The translations under genes and the position numbers were made by a program. From an uncultured Aquificales bacterium (GTDB taxonomy: Bacteria > Thermosulfidibacterota > Thermosulfidibacteria > Thermosulfidibacterales > Thermosulfidibacteraceae): a stretch of 64,000 nucleotides of DNA. Location: contig CAYVOC010000001.1 in the NCBI GenBank assembly GCA_964453345.1, positions 1-64,000 on the forward strand. Direction: 5' to 3'. Under the pieces are notes generated by a model. The model was not told where the DNA came from. It made no database searches and was given only the letters and a program-made list of their open reading frames with translations. Each line of letters opens with the position of its first letter. The first letter of the stretch is position 1. This document shows positions 1 through 9,522 of this stretch, one piece after another.

Positions 1-378
1 GCTCCCGGCATCCCCTATCTGCTTGAGAAGCTCGGCTACAAACTCAAGAGCATGTGGACCAATGAAGAGGTGAGGCGTTCTGATGGGGTCAACTGCGAGT
101 TTGATGTTGTGGCTGTGGCGGAGAAGGATGGGGAAGAAGTGCTGTTTTTGTGTGAGGTGAAGAGCAGGCTGAGGGAGAAGCACTTTGAGCAGCTGAGGAA
201 GCAGTGTGAGTTATACAAACGGTATGGCATGAGGCGGGATTTGTTCATAATTCCTGTGCTTGCGGCGCTCAGCATACCTGAGCATCTGGTGAACTACGCC
301 AACAAGCGTGGTGTATTGCTTGTGAAGATGGGCGGTGATTATCTGGAGGCGCTGAATCCGGAGGTGCTTGGGGGATAG
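1..378 (+). CDS. C-terminal part of a PD-(D/E)XK nuclease-like protein (DUF3782-type); 5'-truncated by the window
   Basis: Frame is open from base 1 (APGIPYLLEKLGYKLKSMWT...); motif EFDVVAV...FLCEVKSRL resembles the D...E-x-K nuclease core. Confidence 0.6.
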   Translation, partial: APGIPYLLEKLGYKLKSMWTNEEVRRSDGVNCEFDVVAVAEKDGEEVLFLCEVKSRLREKHFEQLRKQCELYKRYGMRRDLFIIPVLAALSIPEHLVNYANKRGVLLVKMGGDYLEALNPEVLGG

Positions 379-458
379 GGTGGGTTCTAACCTAAGATTG
401 CAGATAGATTAACTCTTGAGTGGTTGGTGATTCTTCTTGCTAAAGTCGGAGGGAGTGC

Positions 459-477
459 CGGGGGCGAGATGCCCCCG
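459..477. terminator. GC-rich hairpin between convergent genes, possible terminator
   Basis: CGGGGGC-GAGAT-GCCCCCG perfect 7-bp stem; no clear U-tract. Confidence 0.35.
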
Positions 478-493
478 AGGGTTGTTGAAGCTG

Positions 494-1279
494 TTATCTT
501 CCCAGAATCTTTCTGTAGAGTTTTTCCGGCACCACAACGGCGGAGGTTACTGCTACTCCCTGGTTGTTTCTGTTATCGCTGGCAATGATGTAGATCTTGT
601 AGGTTCCCTTTCTTTCGGGGGTGAAGTATCCTTCGAAGTGGCTGATTCTTGAGGCCCATTTGAGTGGAATCTCCTTGATCTTTTTGCCCTTGTAATAGAT
701 TATGGCGGAAACCTTGTAAGCCTTGGCGTCCCACAGGAATCCGGGTCTCACAGGGCACCCGCACATGGGGGTCACGTGGGCACCGATCTTTATTCTGTCT
801 CCCACCTTGTAGAACTCGTGGGGTTTGGGGTTGTAGGGGTGGACTATGAGTCCGTATAGGTTAAAAAGTATTCCGTCGCCTGCTATGTCCCTTCCGGGAA
901 TGAGCCAGGTGGTTTTGACTTCCCTGTGGGTGTTGATTCCTGCTCCTAAGGGGCCAAAGACCTCTATCTCAAGCTTCGTGGGCTTGTCTATGTCGAAGAC
1001 GAACTCCGCCTTTGCAGCACCGCCCTTTGAGAGGATCTTTCCCCTGGTTATGGGTTCCTTGACAAGGATCTTTGTGTTGCCCGTCCCGCCTTCAATGGAG
1101 CCTGTGGCAAGGGTTTTTCCCGTAAAGGCGTCTCTTACAGCAACCTTTAATCCGCCAACTCCGGTCCCCACGAATTTTGCGTCGTTTGCCTTGACCCTGA
1201 CCACAAGCTTCGTGGGAACCGCAAGGCAGGTTGCGGATAACATCATAAAACCTGCAATTAACGCAGTGATTCTTTTCAT
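494..1279 (-). CDS. Secreted conserved hypothetical protein with MCGCP motif
   Basis: ATG at 1279 preceded by GGAGGTG; Sec-type signal MKRITALIAGFMMLSATCLA; beta-rich body; HVTPMCGCP motif. Confidence 0.75.
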   Translation of the reverse strand: MKRITALIAGFMMLSATCLAVPTKLVVRVKANDAKFVGTGVGGLKVAVRDAFTGKTLATGSIEGGTGNTKILVKEPITRGKILSKGGAAKAEFVFDIDKPTKLEIEVFGPLGAGINTHREVKTTWLIPGRDIAGDGILFNLYGLIVHPYNPKPHEFYKVGDRIKIGAHVTPMCGCPVRPGFLWDAKAYKVSAIIYYKGKKIKEIPLKWASRISHFEGYFTPERKGTYKIYIIASDNRNNQGVAVTSAVVVPEKLYRKILGR

Positions 1280-1332
1280 GGTTTCACCTCCCGATATTTT
1301 ACTTTTTTGTAAAGATAACAAGAATGGTATGA

Positions 1333-2298
1333 TTAGTCAATCTCACGAAAGTGCCAGATGCCGTGGAATTTTTCGCATCTGATCAGGCCCTTTGATTCCA
1401 TCAGGTCGAGCCTTCCCAGCACGTCTGAGACCGTTATGTAGATCTCCTGGGGGCCGCGATCGGGGTAGAGGCATTTTATTATGTCGTAGGCCGTGCATCT
1501 TCCCTTCTGCCTTATGCACTGTAGGATGAGACTTTCCTTGTAGGCCATTCTTTTTTCCATCTTCTTTAGTGCTTCATCAAAGTCCCCTTGCTCTTCCCTG
1601 TGGGATGGGAAGTAGGTCTTGAGGCCCAAGGATTTTGCCTTGGCGAGGGAGTCTTTATACAGCAGGCTCGTTTTGAGCCTGTTGCCCTTCTCGTCGGTTT
1701 CCAGCATCGGTATGGGGGTAAGTTCCAGGAAGATGAGGTCTCCGCTGAGGGCCTCGTGCCGGTGCATGAGTATGATGTGCCCGGGGGAGTGTCCTGGGAC
1801 ATGGATTATGCTGAATGTCAGCCTTTCGAACTCGAGGATATCCCCTTCCTGGAGGGGATGGAGCATCTCTTCAGGTATATCTAAACAGAAATTTCTTTCC
1901 CACTTCAGTATTCCTATGAATTTTTCCAGGAAGGCTTCCGGTATGCCGTATTCCCTGATTACGGGAAGCAATTCCGTGTAGAAGGCCACCCTGTCCATCA
2001 CCTTCTTCCAGTCGGCGGGGTGCAGGTATATGGGAGCGCCGGATCTTTCTGCGAATTCCTTTGCCAGGCCGTAGTGATCCGAGTGGCCGTGGGTGAGGAC
2101 TATTCGCTTTATGTCCTTTACGGTCAGGCCGTATCTTTTGAGCCAGTAGTCCCAGGCTTCCCGCGCTTCTTCGGTTGCGACCCCGACATCCACAAGGGTG
2201 ACGGGGTCCTCTGCGATGATGTAGGCGTAGGTGTCCCCTATGGGGTAGGGCGTCGGGATGGAGCACCTTTTTACGCTGCTCTTGTTATCGAGAAGCAT
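1333..2298 (-). CDS. MBL-fold metallo-hydrolase
   Basis: THGHSDH, PGHSPGH, SGD and PSH metal-binding motifs; wHTH-like C-terminus. Confidence 0.85.
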   Translation of the reverse strand: MLLDNKSSVKRCSIPTPYPIGDTYAYIIAEDPVTLVDVGVATEEAREAWDYWLKRYGLTVKDIKRIVLTHGHSDHYGLAKEFAERSGAPIYLHPADWKKVMDRVAFYTELLPVIREYGIPEAFLEKFIGILKWERNFCLDIPEEMLHPLQEGDILEFERLTFSIIHVPGHSPGHIILMHRHEALSGDLIFLELTPIPMLETDEKGNRLKTSLLYKDSLAKAKSLGLKTYFPSHREEQGDFDEALKKMEKRMAYKESLILQCIRQKGRCTAYDIIKCLYPDRGPQEIYITVSDVLGRLDLMESKGLIRCEKFHGIWHFREID

Positions 2299-2320
2299 GG
2301 GTTATATATACTGTCAACAA

Positions 2321-3346
2321 ATGGAAAAGAAAACTGTTCTGGATACCGATCTGGTTGAGTCCCTGCCCCATGCGGTGATTGTTCTTGAGGGAGAGAGGGT
2401 GGTGTATGCCAATCCGGCCGCCTATGAGCTTCTCATGCCTCCCTTCAGGCTTGAGGGGATGGGGGTCAGGGATGTGCTGCCTGTGGAGCTGTGCGATAGG
2501 GTTGCCAGAGGCTCCTGGGGCGGAAAGCTGCTGAACCTTGAGGTGGATGTTGTCCTGAGGGGGGAGGAGAGGCGCTGGGTGGTGGATCTGTTTCCGGTGT
2601 ATGCTGGGGAAGCGGAGTATAGGGGGCTTATTATAAGGGACGAGACCCAGATAAGACTTTTGAGGGAGAAGGAGGAGAAGGAGAGGCTGAGTGTGGCCTG
2701 TGAGGAGCTGGTCAGAATGATCTTTTCCAAGATTCAGCCCTTGGCTGTGGGGATAGTGGGGATATGCAACTACCTTGAGGAACGGGGGGTGGCTCCTGAG
2801 GAGATCTCCCTGATGAAGAAGGAGGCCCTTAGGCTGAACAGGATAGTTGAAGAGGCCATGGAGTTTGCCCTCTCGGGCGGGGCTGTCGGAAGAAGGGTGA
2901 GCCTGTATAAGGTGATTGAGGATGCAATCGGCTTTGTGATGCCTAAGATGGCGGAGAAGGGGATTGGGGTTGAGAGGGATTATCTGCCCGGAATTCCGGA
3001 GGTTGTGGGTGATCCCTTGGAGCTTTTCAAGGCCTTTGTGGAGATCCTGAGGAATGCGGTTGAGTCCTCCCCCGAGGGGGGAACGGTCAGGGTGGTGGTG
3101 GATGTTGATATGAACAGGAGGCTCTGTCCGGGTAAAGGGATGGTGAAGGTGGAGATCGCTGATAAGGGCGTGGAGATTCCGGAAGGGATGAGGGATAAGA
3201 TGCTGCTTCCCTTCGCCACCACCAAAAACGGGCATTTGGGGCTTGGTCTGGCCAGGGCCTACAAGGTGGTGAGGGAGCACGGGGGGGATCTGGAATACAG
3301 AAGGGAAGGTGATGGGAACATCTTTTGTGTTTATCTTCCGCTATGA
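2321..3346 (+). CDS. PAS + HATPase NtrB-like sensor, degenerate (no H-box His)
   Basis: PAS (VYANPAA); N-box EILRNAVES, G1 DKG, F-box PFATTK, G2 GLGL; DHp helix reads LVRMIFSKIQPL with no His; ATG 2321 preferred over the track start at 2258. Confidence 0.8.
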   Translation: MEKKTVLDTDLVESLPHAVIVLEGERVVYANPAAYELLMPPFRLEGMGVRDVLPVELCDRVARGSWGGKLLNLEVDVVLRGEERRWVVDLFPVYAGEAEYRGLIIRDETQIRLLREKEEKERLSVACEELVRMIFSKIQPLAVGIVGICNYLEERGVAPEEISLMKKEALRLNRIVEEAMEFALSGGAVGRRVSLYKVIEDAIGFVMPKMAEKGIGVERDYLPGIPEVVGDPLELFKAFVEILRNAVESSPEGGTVRVVVDVDMNRRLCPGKGMVKVEIADKGVEIPEGMRDKMLLPFATTKNGHLGLGLARAYKVVREHGGDLEYRREGDGNIFCVYLPL

Positions 3347-4566
3347 AGATCCTTGTCGCCGACATAGACTCTGCCACCAGATGGCTTCTGTGTAGGGGCC
3401 TTAAGGGGCATGTTGTTCTGGAGTGCGCCACCCTTGAGGAGGCCCGGTTCCTTTTGAAGAACAGCAGGTTTGATGTGGTCTTCCTTGCCAGAAACTTTCC
3501 CGAGGGGGATGGCTTTGATCTGATAAGGGAGTTTCCCCATCAGAACTTTGTGATCCTCACGGCCAATCCCGCTATTGACAGGGTTTCCGAGATTGTAAAG
3601 GAGAGGGGATGCGGGTATATAAAAAAGCCCCTTGACCTTGCCAGGGTAAGGGAGTTCCTCGAGGGGATTGAGCAGAAAAGCGGTGAGGTCTCCAGCGCCG
3701 ATGATGTTATACTCTACAGCCTTCCGGTTCGGACCGCTGCGGAGAAGATGGAATCCCTTATCAGAGATGGGCTTCCCTTCATGGTGTTTGGTGAAAGGGG
3801 GGTGGGGAAGAGGACCATCCTCAAGTATGTTCTTTTGAGGATGGGCAGGGATTACCGGGAGGTTGAGGGGAGAAGACTCTCGGGTTTGCCGGATGCCCCT
3901 TCTTTTCTGATAGTATCCGGTGTTCAGAGGATGTGTCCGTGCATGCAGGACAGGCTGGCCGATGAGCTTCTGGAGGGGAGGTATCCCTCGGGGGTGGCTA
4001 TAGTTGTGGACGGAGACCCCCTTGGGCTTTTCAGGGAGGGTTTACTGAGCAGGGGCCTTTACGGCATCTTTTCCAAGCGCTCCGTTGAGGTGCCGCCTCT
4101 GAGGGAGAGACGGGAGGATATTCCCCTTCTCGTGGAGCACTTCAGGTCCCGTTGGGAGAGGGAGAGGGGGGTGGGTGCCCCTGTAATTTCCGAGGAGGTC
4201 CTGGAGGTTCTGAAGGGGTGCGGCTGGAGCGGGAACGTTGAACAGCTCAAAGGTCTCCTCTTTTCCATGCTGGACAGGTATAGCTTTGAGGAGAGCCTCG
4301 GTGTGGCTCACCTGCCCGTGGAGATTCTGGCAGAGAAGGAGGGCTTCACCTTCCTTGAGGCCTTGAGGAGAGACGTTAGAAAGCTTCTGGGGATCAGGGA
4401 GGATCTGCACGAGAGGGTTGTGAATGTTGTGGAGAGGGTTCTGCTTGAGGAGGCCCTTGCGAGGACGGAGGGGAACAGGGTGCAGGCCGCCAGGTTTCTT
4501 GGGCTGCACAGGAACACCATAAGGAACAAGATAAAGAAGCTTTTTGGAGGTGAGGTATGGACTTAG
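3343..4566 (+). CDS. NtrC-like REC-AAA+-Fis HTH regulator, degenerate
   Basis: REC-like N-terminus, Walker A GERGVGK, VPPLRERREDIPLLVEHF, WSGNV, HTH GNRVQAARFLGLHRNTIRNKI; ATGA overlap with the kinase stop. Confidence 0.85.
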   Translation: MKILVADIDSATRWLLCRGLKGHVVLECATLEEARFLLKNSRFDVVFLARNFPEGDGFDLIREFPHQNFVILTANPAIDRVSEIVKERGCGYIKKPLDLARVREFLEGIEQKSGEVSSADDVILYSLPVRTAAEKMESLIRDGLPFMVFGERGVGKRTILKYVLLRMGRDYREVEGRRLSGLPDAPSFLIVSGVQRMCPCMQDRLADELLEGRYPSGVAIVVDGDPLGLFREGLLSRGLYGIFSKRSVEVPPLRERREDIPLLVEHFRSRWERERGVGAPVISEEVLEVLKGCGWSGNVEQLKGLLFSMLDRYSFEESLGVAHLPVEILAEKEGFTFLEALRRDVRKLLGIREDLHERVVNVVERVLLEEALARTEGNRVQAARFLGLHRNTIRNKIKKLFGGEVWT

Positions 4567-5105
4567 AGAAACTCGCTGAGCATATAGCGGAGCTTATGGC
4601 GGTGTCTGCCATAACCGCTCCCAAGAGCAGGGGAGAGAACTACGTTGTTGTGGAGGTTGTGACCGGTAAGAAGCTCCGGAAGATTGCGAAGGAGATGATA
4701 GAGCACGGTAAGGAGGTTAACGACCCCTTTTTCGTGAGGGACGGCAACAGCGTTATGGCTTCTCAGGCCATGCTGCTTGTTGGGCTTAAGGACGCCAAAC
4801 CTGTTGGGTTGAACTGCGGCGGATGTGGTTTTGAGAGGTGTATTCTGCCCGAAGAGGTCAGGGAGCTGAGGGATTTTAGGGGTCCCGTGTGCATGCTCAG
4901 GCTTCTGGATATGGGAATAGCCCTGGGTTCTGCCGTGAAGACCGCCTCCATCCATAATGTCGACACCAGGATAATGTATAGGGCCGGGGTTATAGCCAGA
5001 AGGCTCGGGTATATAGATGCGGATGTGGTTATGGCCGTTCCCGTATCCATCTCCGGCAAGAGCGTCTTCTTTGACAGGAAGGTTCCGGATCTCAGTGAGA
5101 GATGA
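4557..5105 (+). CDS. DUF2148-type ferredoxin-domain protein
   Basis: AITAPKSRG, NCGGCGFERC...GPVC, LDMGIALGSAVK, KSVFFDR. Confidence 0.75.
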   Translation: MDLEKLAEHIAELMAVSAITAPKSRGENYVVVEVVTGKKLRKIAKEMIEHGKEVNDPFFVRDGNSVMASQAMLLVGLKDAKPVGLNCGGCGFERCILPEEVRELRDFRGPVCMLRLLDMGIALGSAVKTASIHNVDTRIMYRAGVIARRLGYIDADVVMAVPVSISGKSVFFDRKVPDLSER

Positions 5106-7186
5106 GGATACTGAAGCTTATCCTTTACCTTTTTGGAGCGATTGTAGGGGCGGCGGTATGTGTGGTGCTGTTTCTCTGGTTTAAGTGGAATACCGTGGAT
5201 CTGCCCTCCAAGGAGGAGATTCTTCACTACAGGCCCCCTCTGGTGACGGAGGTTTACGATAGAAACGGAAAACTCATAGGGGAGTTTTTCATTCAGCGAA
5301 GGATATACGTTCCCATAGAGAAGATTCCGGAAAAGTTGAAGCTTGCCTTTCTCGCTGCGGAGGACGCCAGGTTCTATCAGCATGAGGGAATAGATATACC
5401 GAGTATTATAAGAGCCCTGATAGCGGACATAAAAGCGAGAAAGTTTGTCCAGGGGGGGTCCACCATCACTCAGCAGGTGGCCAAGAACATGTTTCTCACC
5501 CCTGAAAAGACCATCTCCCGTAAGATTAAAGAGATGATCCTGGCCATGAAGCTGGAGAAGACCCTTCCCAAGGATAAGATCCTGGAGCTGTATCTGAACA
5601 TCATCTACTTAGGGCATGGTTCCTACGGAGTGGCTGCCGCAGCCCAGACCTACTTCGGCAAGCCCTTGGATAAACTGACCCTGGCCGAGTGTGCGCTTCT
5701 TGCGGCCCTGCCGAGGGCGCCGGGCAAGTATTCCCCCTACATAAACATGGAGGCGGCCTACAAGAGAAGGAACTGGGTTCTCAGGAGGATGCTTGAGGAG
5801 GGGTTTATTACTAAAAAGGAATACAGGGTGGCCGTGGCTGAGGGGATTGTTCTTGCGAGGGAGCGGGTTCGCAGGGTCAACCTTGCACCCTACTTCAACG
5901 AGTTCGTGAGGAGGAGGCTTATACAGAAATACGGCAGGGATGCGGTTTTGAAGGGGGGCTTAAGGGTATACACCACCCTCGACTATGATGCCCAGGTGGC
6001 TGCAGAAGGGGCGTTGCTTAGGGGGCTTTTGAACATAGAGAAGAGGCACGGTTTGATAGACAAGGATCAACCCGTCGATTACAGGATCGGGATCCTTAAA
6101 AGAGGGAAGGGGAGATGGTTCGTTGACTGCGAGGGTAAAAGCTATCCCCTTGAGCTTGGCGGGAACGGGACCCTGCAGCTTGAGGCGGGCGAAAGGGTAA
6201 GGTTCTGGGTCGATAGGGGGAATGTGGCTCATCTGTGGCGCTATCCCTCTATAAACGGCGCCCTGCTTTCGATTGATCTGAACACCATGGGCGTTATCGC
6301 CATGGTGGGCGGATACGACTACAGGATCAGCAAATTCAACAGGGCCTATCAGGCGAAGAGGCAGCCCGGATCCTCCTTCAAGCCCGTTGTCTATACGGCT
6401 GCCGTTGAGTCGGGGTTTACCCCCTTCACCATTGTTCTGGATGCTCCGGTGGTTTATGAGTTCCCTGAACCGAGGATCCGTGATGGGGAGAATGAAACGG
6501 AGGATTTGCTTTCAAGATACTGGGTTCCCAGAAATTATGAGGGAAATTTTCTGGGCCCCATTCCCCTGTGGAGGGCTTTGGCTTTGTCGAGAAACACCGT
6601 CAGCGTGAGGCTGGTTGATCAGATCGGTATAGATAAGGTTATTGATGTGGCGAGAAGGCTTGGGATAACGAGTCCCCTGAGGAGGGATCTATCCATAGCT
6701 CTGGGATCCTCTGAGGTGAGCTTGTGGGAGCTTTTGAGGGCCTACACCGTCTTTGCCAAGGGGGGATATCTGTGCGAACCGGTGTATATAAGGAGGGTGG
6801 AGGATCACGATGGAAGGGTCTTGGAGGAGAATGACAGGCCCATATGCATAGGTGTGCTCGATCCCTCCACGGCTGATGCCATGCTCTACATGCTGAGGAA
6901 GGTGGTTGAGGTGGGGACGGGGAGAAGGGCGAGGAGCCTGGGCAGACCAGCTGCCGGAAAGACCGGGACCACCAACGATTACAGGGATGCGTGGTTTTTC
7001 GGTTTTACCCCCAATGTGGCGACTGGGGTCTATGTGGGCTACGACGATCACAGAAGCATAGGCGATAGGGAGACGGGTGCCAGGGCGGCCCTGCCCATAT
7101 GGCTTGACTATATGAAGCAGGTGGTTAAGAAGTATCCCTTCAAGATGTTTATGCCCTACACCCAGTTTCTGCCTCCGGAGGGATAG
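5102..7186 (+). CDS. mrcA: Penicillin-binding protein 1A (class A PBP)
   Basis: TM anchor; transglycosylase AEDARF, GGSTITQQ, RKIKE; transpeptidase SSFK, SRN, KTG. Confidence 0.92.
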   Translation: MRILKLILYLFGAIVGAAVCVVLFLWFKWNTVDLPSKEEILHYRPPLVTEVYDRNGKLIGEFFIQRRIYVPIEKIPEKLKLAFLAAEDARFYQHEGIDIPSIIRALIADIKARKFVQGGSTITQQVAKNMFLTPEKTISRKIKEMILAMKLEKTLPKDKILELYLNIIYLGHGSYGVAAAAQTYFGKPLDKLTLAECALLAALPRAPGKYSPYINMEAAYKRRNWVLRRMLEEGFITKKEYRVAVAEGIVLARERVRRVNLAPYFNEFVRRRLIQKYGRDAVLKGGLRVYTTLDYDAQVAAEGALLRGLLNIEKRHGLIDKDQPVDYRIGILKRGKGRWFVDCEGKSYPLELGGNGTLQLEAGERVRFWVDRGNVAHLWRYPSINGALLSIDLNTMGVIAMVGGYDYRISKFNRAYQAKRQPGSSFKPVVYTAAVESGFTPFTIVLDAPVVYEFPEPRIRDGENETEDLLSRYWVPRNYEGNFLGPIPLWRALALSRNTVSVRLVDQIGIDKVIDVARRLGITSPLRRDLSIALGSSEVSLWELLRAYTVFAKGGYLCEPVYIRRVEDHDGRVLEENDRPICIGVLDPSTADAMLYMLRKVVEVGTGRRARSLGRPAAGKTGTTNDYRDAWFFGFTPNVATGVYVGYDDHRSIGDRETGARAALPIWLDYMKQVVKKYPFKMFMPYTQFLPPEG

Positions 7187-8206
7187 ATGAACCTGAGGAA
7201 CCTGACACCCGACGAGCTTGAGGCCTTTGTGAGGTCGGAGGGCTTGGAGAGATACAGGGCGAAGCAGCTTTTATACTGGCTTTACAAGAGGCCTGTGGAT
7301 TCCTTTATGGATATGACCAATCTCCCCAAGGATCTGAGGAGGGAATTTGGGGAGAGGTTTGAGCTGTTCTCCCTTGAGTTGCATCAGGAGCTTGTATCCT
7401 CGGATGGGACCAGAAAGCTCCTTTTCAGGACCAAGGATGGAGATTTTGTGGAGTCTGTTTTGATACCCGACGGGGACAGGCTAACCCTGTGCGTTTCGAC
7501 CCAGATAGGGTGCAGGATGGGGTGCAGATTCTGCCTCACGGGCCATCAGGGCTTCAGGAGGAATCTTTCCTGTGCGGAGATAGTTGAGCAGTTCGTTCTC
7601 GCCCAGAGACTTTCGGAAAGAAGGATAACCAACATTGTTATCATGGGCATGGGGGAGCCTTTAGATAACTTTGAGAATACCAAGAGGGCGCTGGTGCTCT
7701 TCACCCATCCGGATGCCCTTGCCGTCTCCTACAGAAGGGTCACCCTATCCACCGTGGGCATAATTCCAAAGCTTGTTGAGCTTTTGGACAGAGGTCCTAA
7801 GGTTGCCGTGTCCGTTTCACTGAACGCTCCGGATCCGGAAAAGAGAAAGGCCATCATGCCCGTAGAGAATAGATACCCCATGATGGAGCTGTTGCGGGTG
7901 CTAAGAGAGAGGGCGTCCAGGGGCAGGAAGCCTCCGACCATGGAGTATGTGCTGCTTCGCGGCTTTAACGACACCCCTGAGGATGCAGAGAAGCTGGTGA
8001 AGCTTTTGAGGGGGATGAGGTGCAAGGTGAATCTGATTCCCTTCAACCCCTGGGAGGGATGCGGGTTTGATAGACCGGATGAGGCCTCCGTTCTGGAGTT
8101 CCAGAGGGTGCTCATAGATGCGGGTTTTTCGGCCTTTGTGAGGAAGAGCCGGGGTTCCGATATTCTTGCCGCCTGTGGTCAGCTGAGGTGGAGGCACACG
8201 GCATGA
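7187..8206 (+). CDS. rlmN: 23S rRNA m2A2503 / tRNA m2A37 radical SAM methyltransferase
   Basis: CVSTQIGCRMGCRFC, MGMGEP, NLIPFNP, DILAACGQL. Confidence 0.95.
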   Translation: MNLRNLTPDELEAFVRSEGLERYRAKQLLYWLYKRPVDSFMDMTNLPKDLRREFGERFELFSLELHQELVSSDGTRKLLFRTKDGDFVESVLIPDGDRLTLCVSTQIGCRMGCRFCLTGHQGFRRNLSCAEIVEQFVLAQRLSERRITNIVIMGMGEPLDNFENTKRALVLFTHPDALAVSYRRVTLSTVGIIPKLVELLDRGPKVAVSVSLNAPDPEKRKAIMPVENRYPMMELLRVLRERASRGRKPPTMEYVLLRGFNDTPEDAEKLVKLLRGMRCKVNLIPFNPWEGCGFDRPDEASVLEFQRVLIDAGFSAFVRKSRGSDILAACGQLRWRHTA

Positions 8207-8397
8207 TAAGGGTTAGGATGGGTGACAGGGTTTTTGAGGTTGATAGAAAAAGGATCAGGCTTGAAGCGCTTTTGAGGGATTTGTGCATCAACCCGGAGGA
8301 TGTGGTTGTGGTTAAAGGGGAAAGGCCCATAACTGAGGATGCGTGGCTTGAGGATGGTGACGAGATAACGGTTTACGAGGTGGTGTCCAGGGGATGA
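8203..8397 (+). CDS. ttuB: ThiS/MoaD-like sulfur carrier (TtuB-like)
   Basis: 64-aa ubiquitin-like pattern ([16 protein letters not shown]) immediately upstream of ttuA; ends in RG rather than GG. Confidence 0.7.
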   Translation: MIRVRMGDRVFEVDRKRIRLEALLRDLCINPEDVVVVKGERPITEDAWLEDGDEITVYEVVSRG

Positions 8398-9299
8398 GGT
8401 GCAGGATCTGCAGAAGGGATGCGGTTATAAAGGTCAGAAGCTTCGGGATAGCTTTGTGCGAGGAGCATCTGGTTGAGTTCTGCCTGCGCAGGGTCTCGGA
8501 GGCGATCAAAAGATACCGGATGTTTGGTAGAGAGGACAGGGTGCTGGTGGCGGTCTCCGGCGGCAAGGACAGCATGGTGCTGTGGGATATTCTGAGCAGG
8601 CTGGGATACAGGGTGGATGCCCTGTTCATAGATCTGGGAATAGAGAAGAACGGTCACATGGAGAGGGCAAGGGCGGTTGTGGAGGCCTTTGCAGAAGAGA
8701 GGGGCTATCCTCTGAGGGTTGTATCCTTGAGGGACGAATACGGCTTCAGCATAGACGATGTTAAGGAGAGGGAGACCAGGACGGTATGTGCGGCGTGCGG
8801 CATAGTGAAGAGATACATAATGAACAGGGTCGCCTTTGAGGGCGGATACCAGGTTCTCGCCACAGGCCACAACCTCAACGACGAGGTGGCGGTTCTGTTG
8901 TCCAACCTTCTGGGCTGGAAGGAGGGGTATCTCTCGAGGCAGGGGCCGGTGCTTGAGGCGAGGGGTAAGCTTGTTAAGAAGGTGAAGCCTCTGTGCGAGC
9001 TTACGGAGAGGGAGACGGCGGTTTACGCCATGGTGGAGGGTATAAAGTTTCATCACACCGCCTGCCCCTACTCCAAGGGGGCGACCACCCTCACCTACAA
9101 GAGGGCCCTCAATCTCATAGAGTATAGATCCCCCGGAACAAAGATAAGGTTCTACAGGGGATTTGTTGATAGGGCGAAACGCCTCTTCAAGGGGGATGAG
9201 GTGGAGCTTGTTGAGTGTCCCCTTTGCGGCTATCCGACAACCCATCCGCCGTGCGCCTTTTGCAGACTCAGGGAGAGGATGGTTGAGAAGGCTCATTGA
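8394..9299 (+). CDS. ttuA: tRNA 2-thiouridine (s2T54) sulfurtransferase, TtuA/Ncs6 family
   Basis: N-terminal CRIC..C..H Zn finger, PP-loop [22 protein letters not shown]-terminal CPLC/CAFC. Confidence 0.88.
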   Translation: MRCRICRRDAVIKVRSFGIALCEEHLVEFCLRRVSEAIKRYRMFGREDRVLVAVSGGKDSMVLWDILSRLGYRVDALFIDLGIEKNGHMERARAVVEAFAEERGYPLRVVSLRDEYGFSIDDVKERETRTVCAACGIVKRYIMNRVAFEGGYQVLATGHNLNDEVAVLLSNLLGWKEGYLSRQGPVLEARGKLVKKVKPLCELTERETAVYAMVEGIKFHHTACPYSKGATTLTYKRALNLIEYRSPGTKIRFYRGFVDRAKRLFKGDEVELVECPLCGYPTTHPPCAFCRLRERMVEKAH

Positions 9300-9522
9300 G
9301 GGACCCCTCTTTTTGCCTGCGGTATTTGTTCTGCTTCTTCTCGGGCTGGTGGGTGCGGTTCTGCCCGTTATCCCCGGATTCCCCTTCTTCATAGCCGCCC
9401 TCGCTCTGTTGTCTAAAAGGTTCGACTGGGCTAAAAGAATGCTCGATAGACTCTCTAAAAGGGGTGCCCATGAGGGTAAGCCAGGAGACCTTAAAGACCA
9501 TAGCCAACCTCATATACGATAG
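9283..9522 (+). CDS. Small membrane protein (DUF454/PGPGW-like)
   Basis: [21 protein letters not shown] hairpin motif; TTG start after GGAGAGG is assumed. Confidence 0.55.
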   Translation: MRRLIEGPLFLPAVFVLLLLGLVGAVLPVIPGFPFFIAALALLSKRFDWAKRMLDRLSKRGAHEGKPGDLKDHSQPHIR

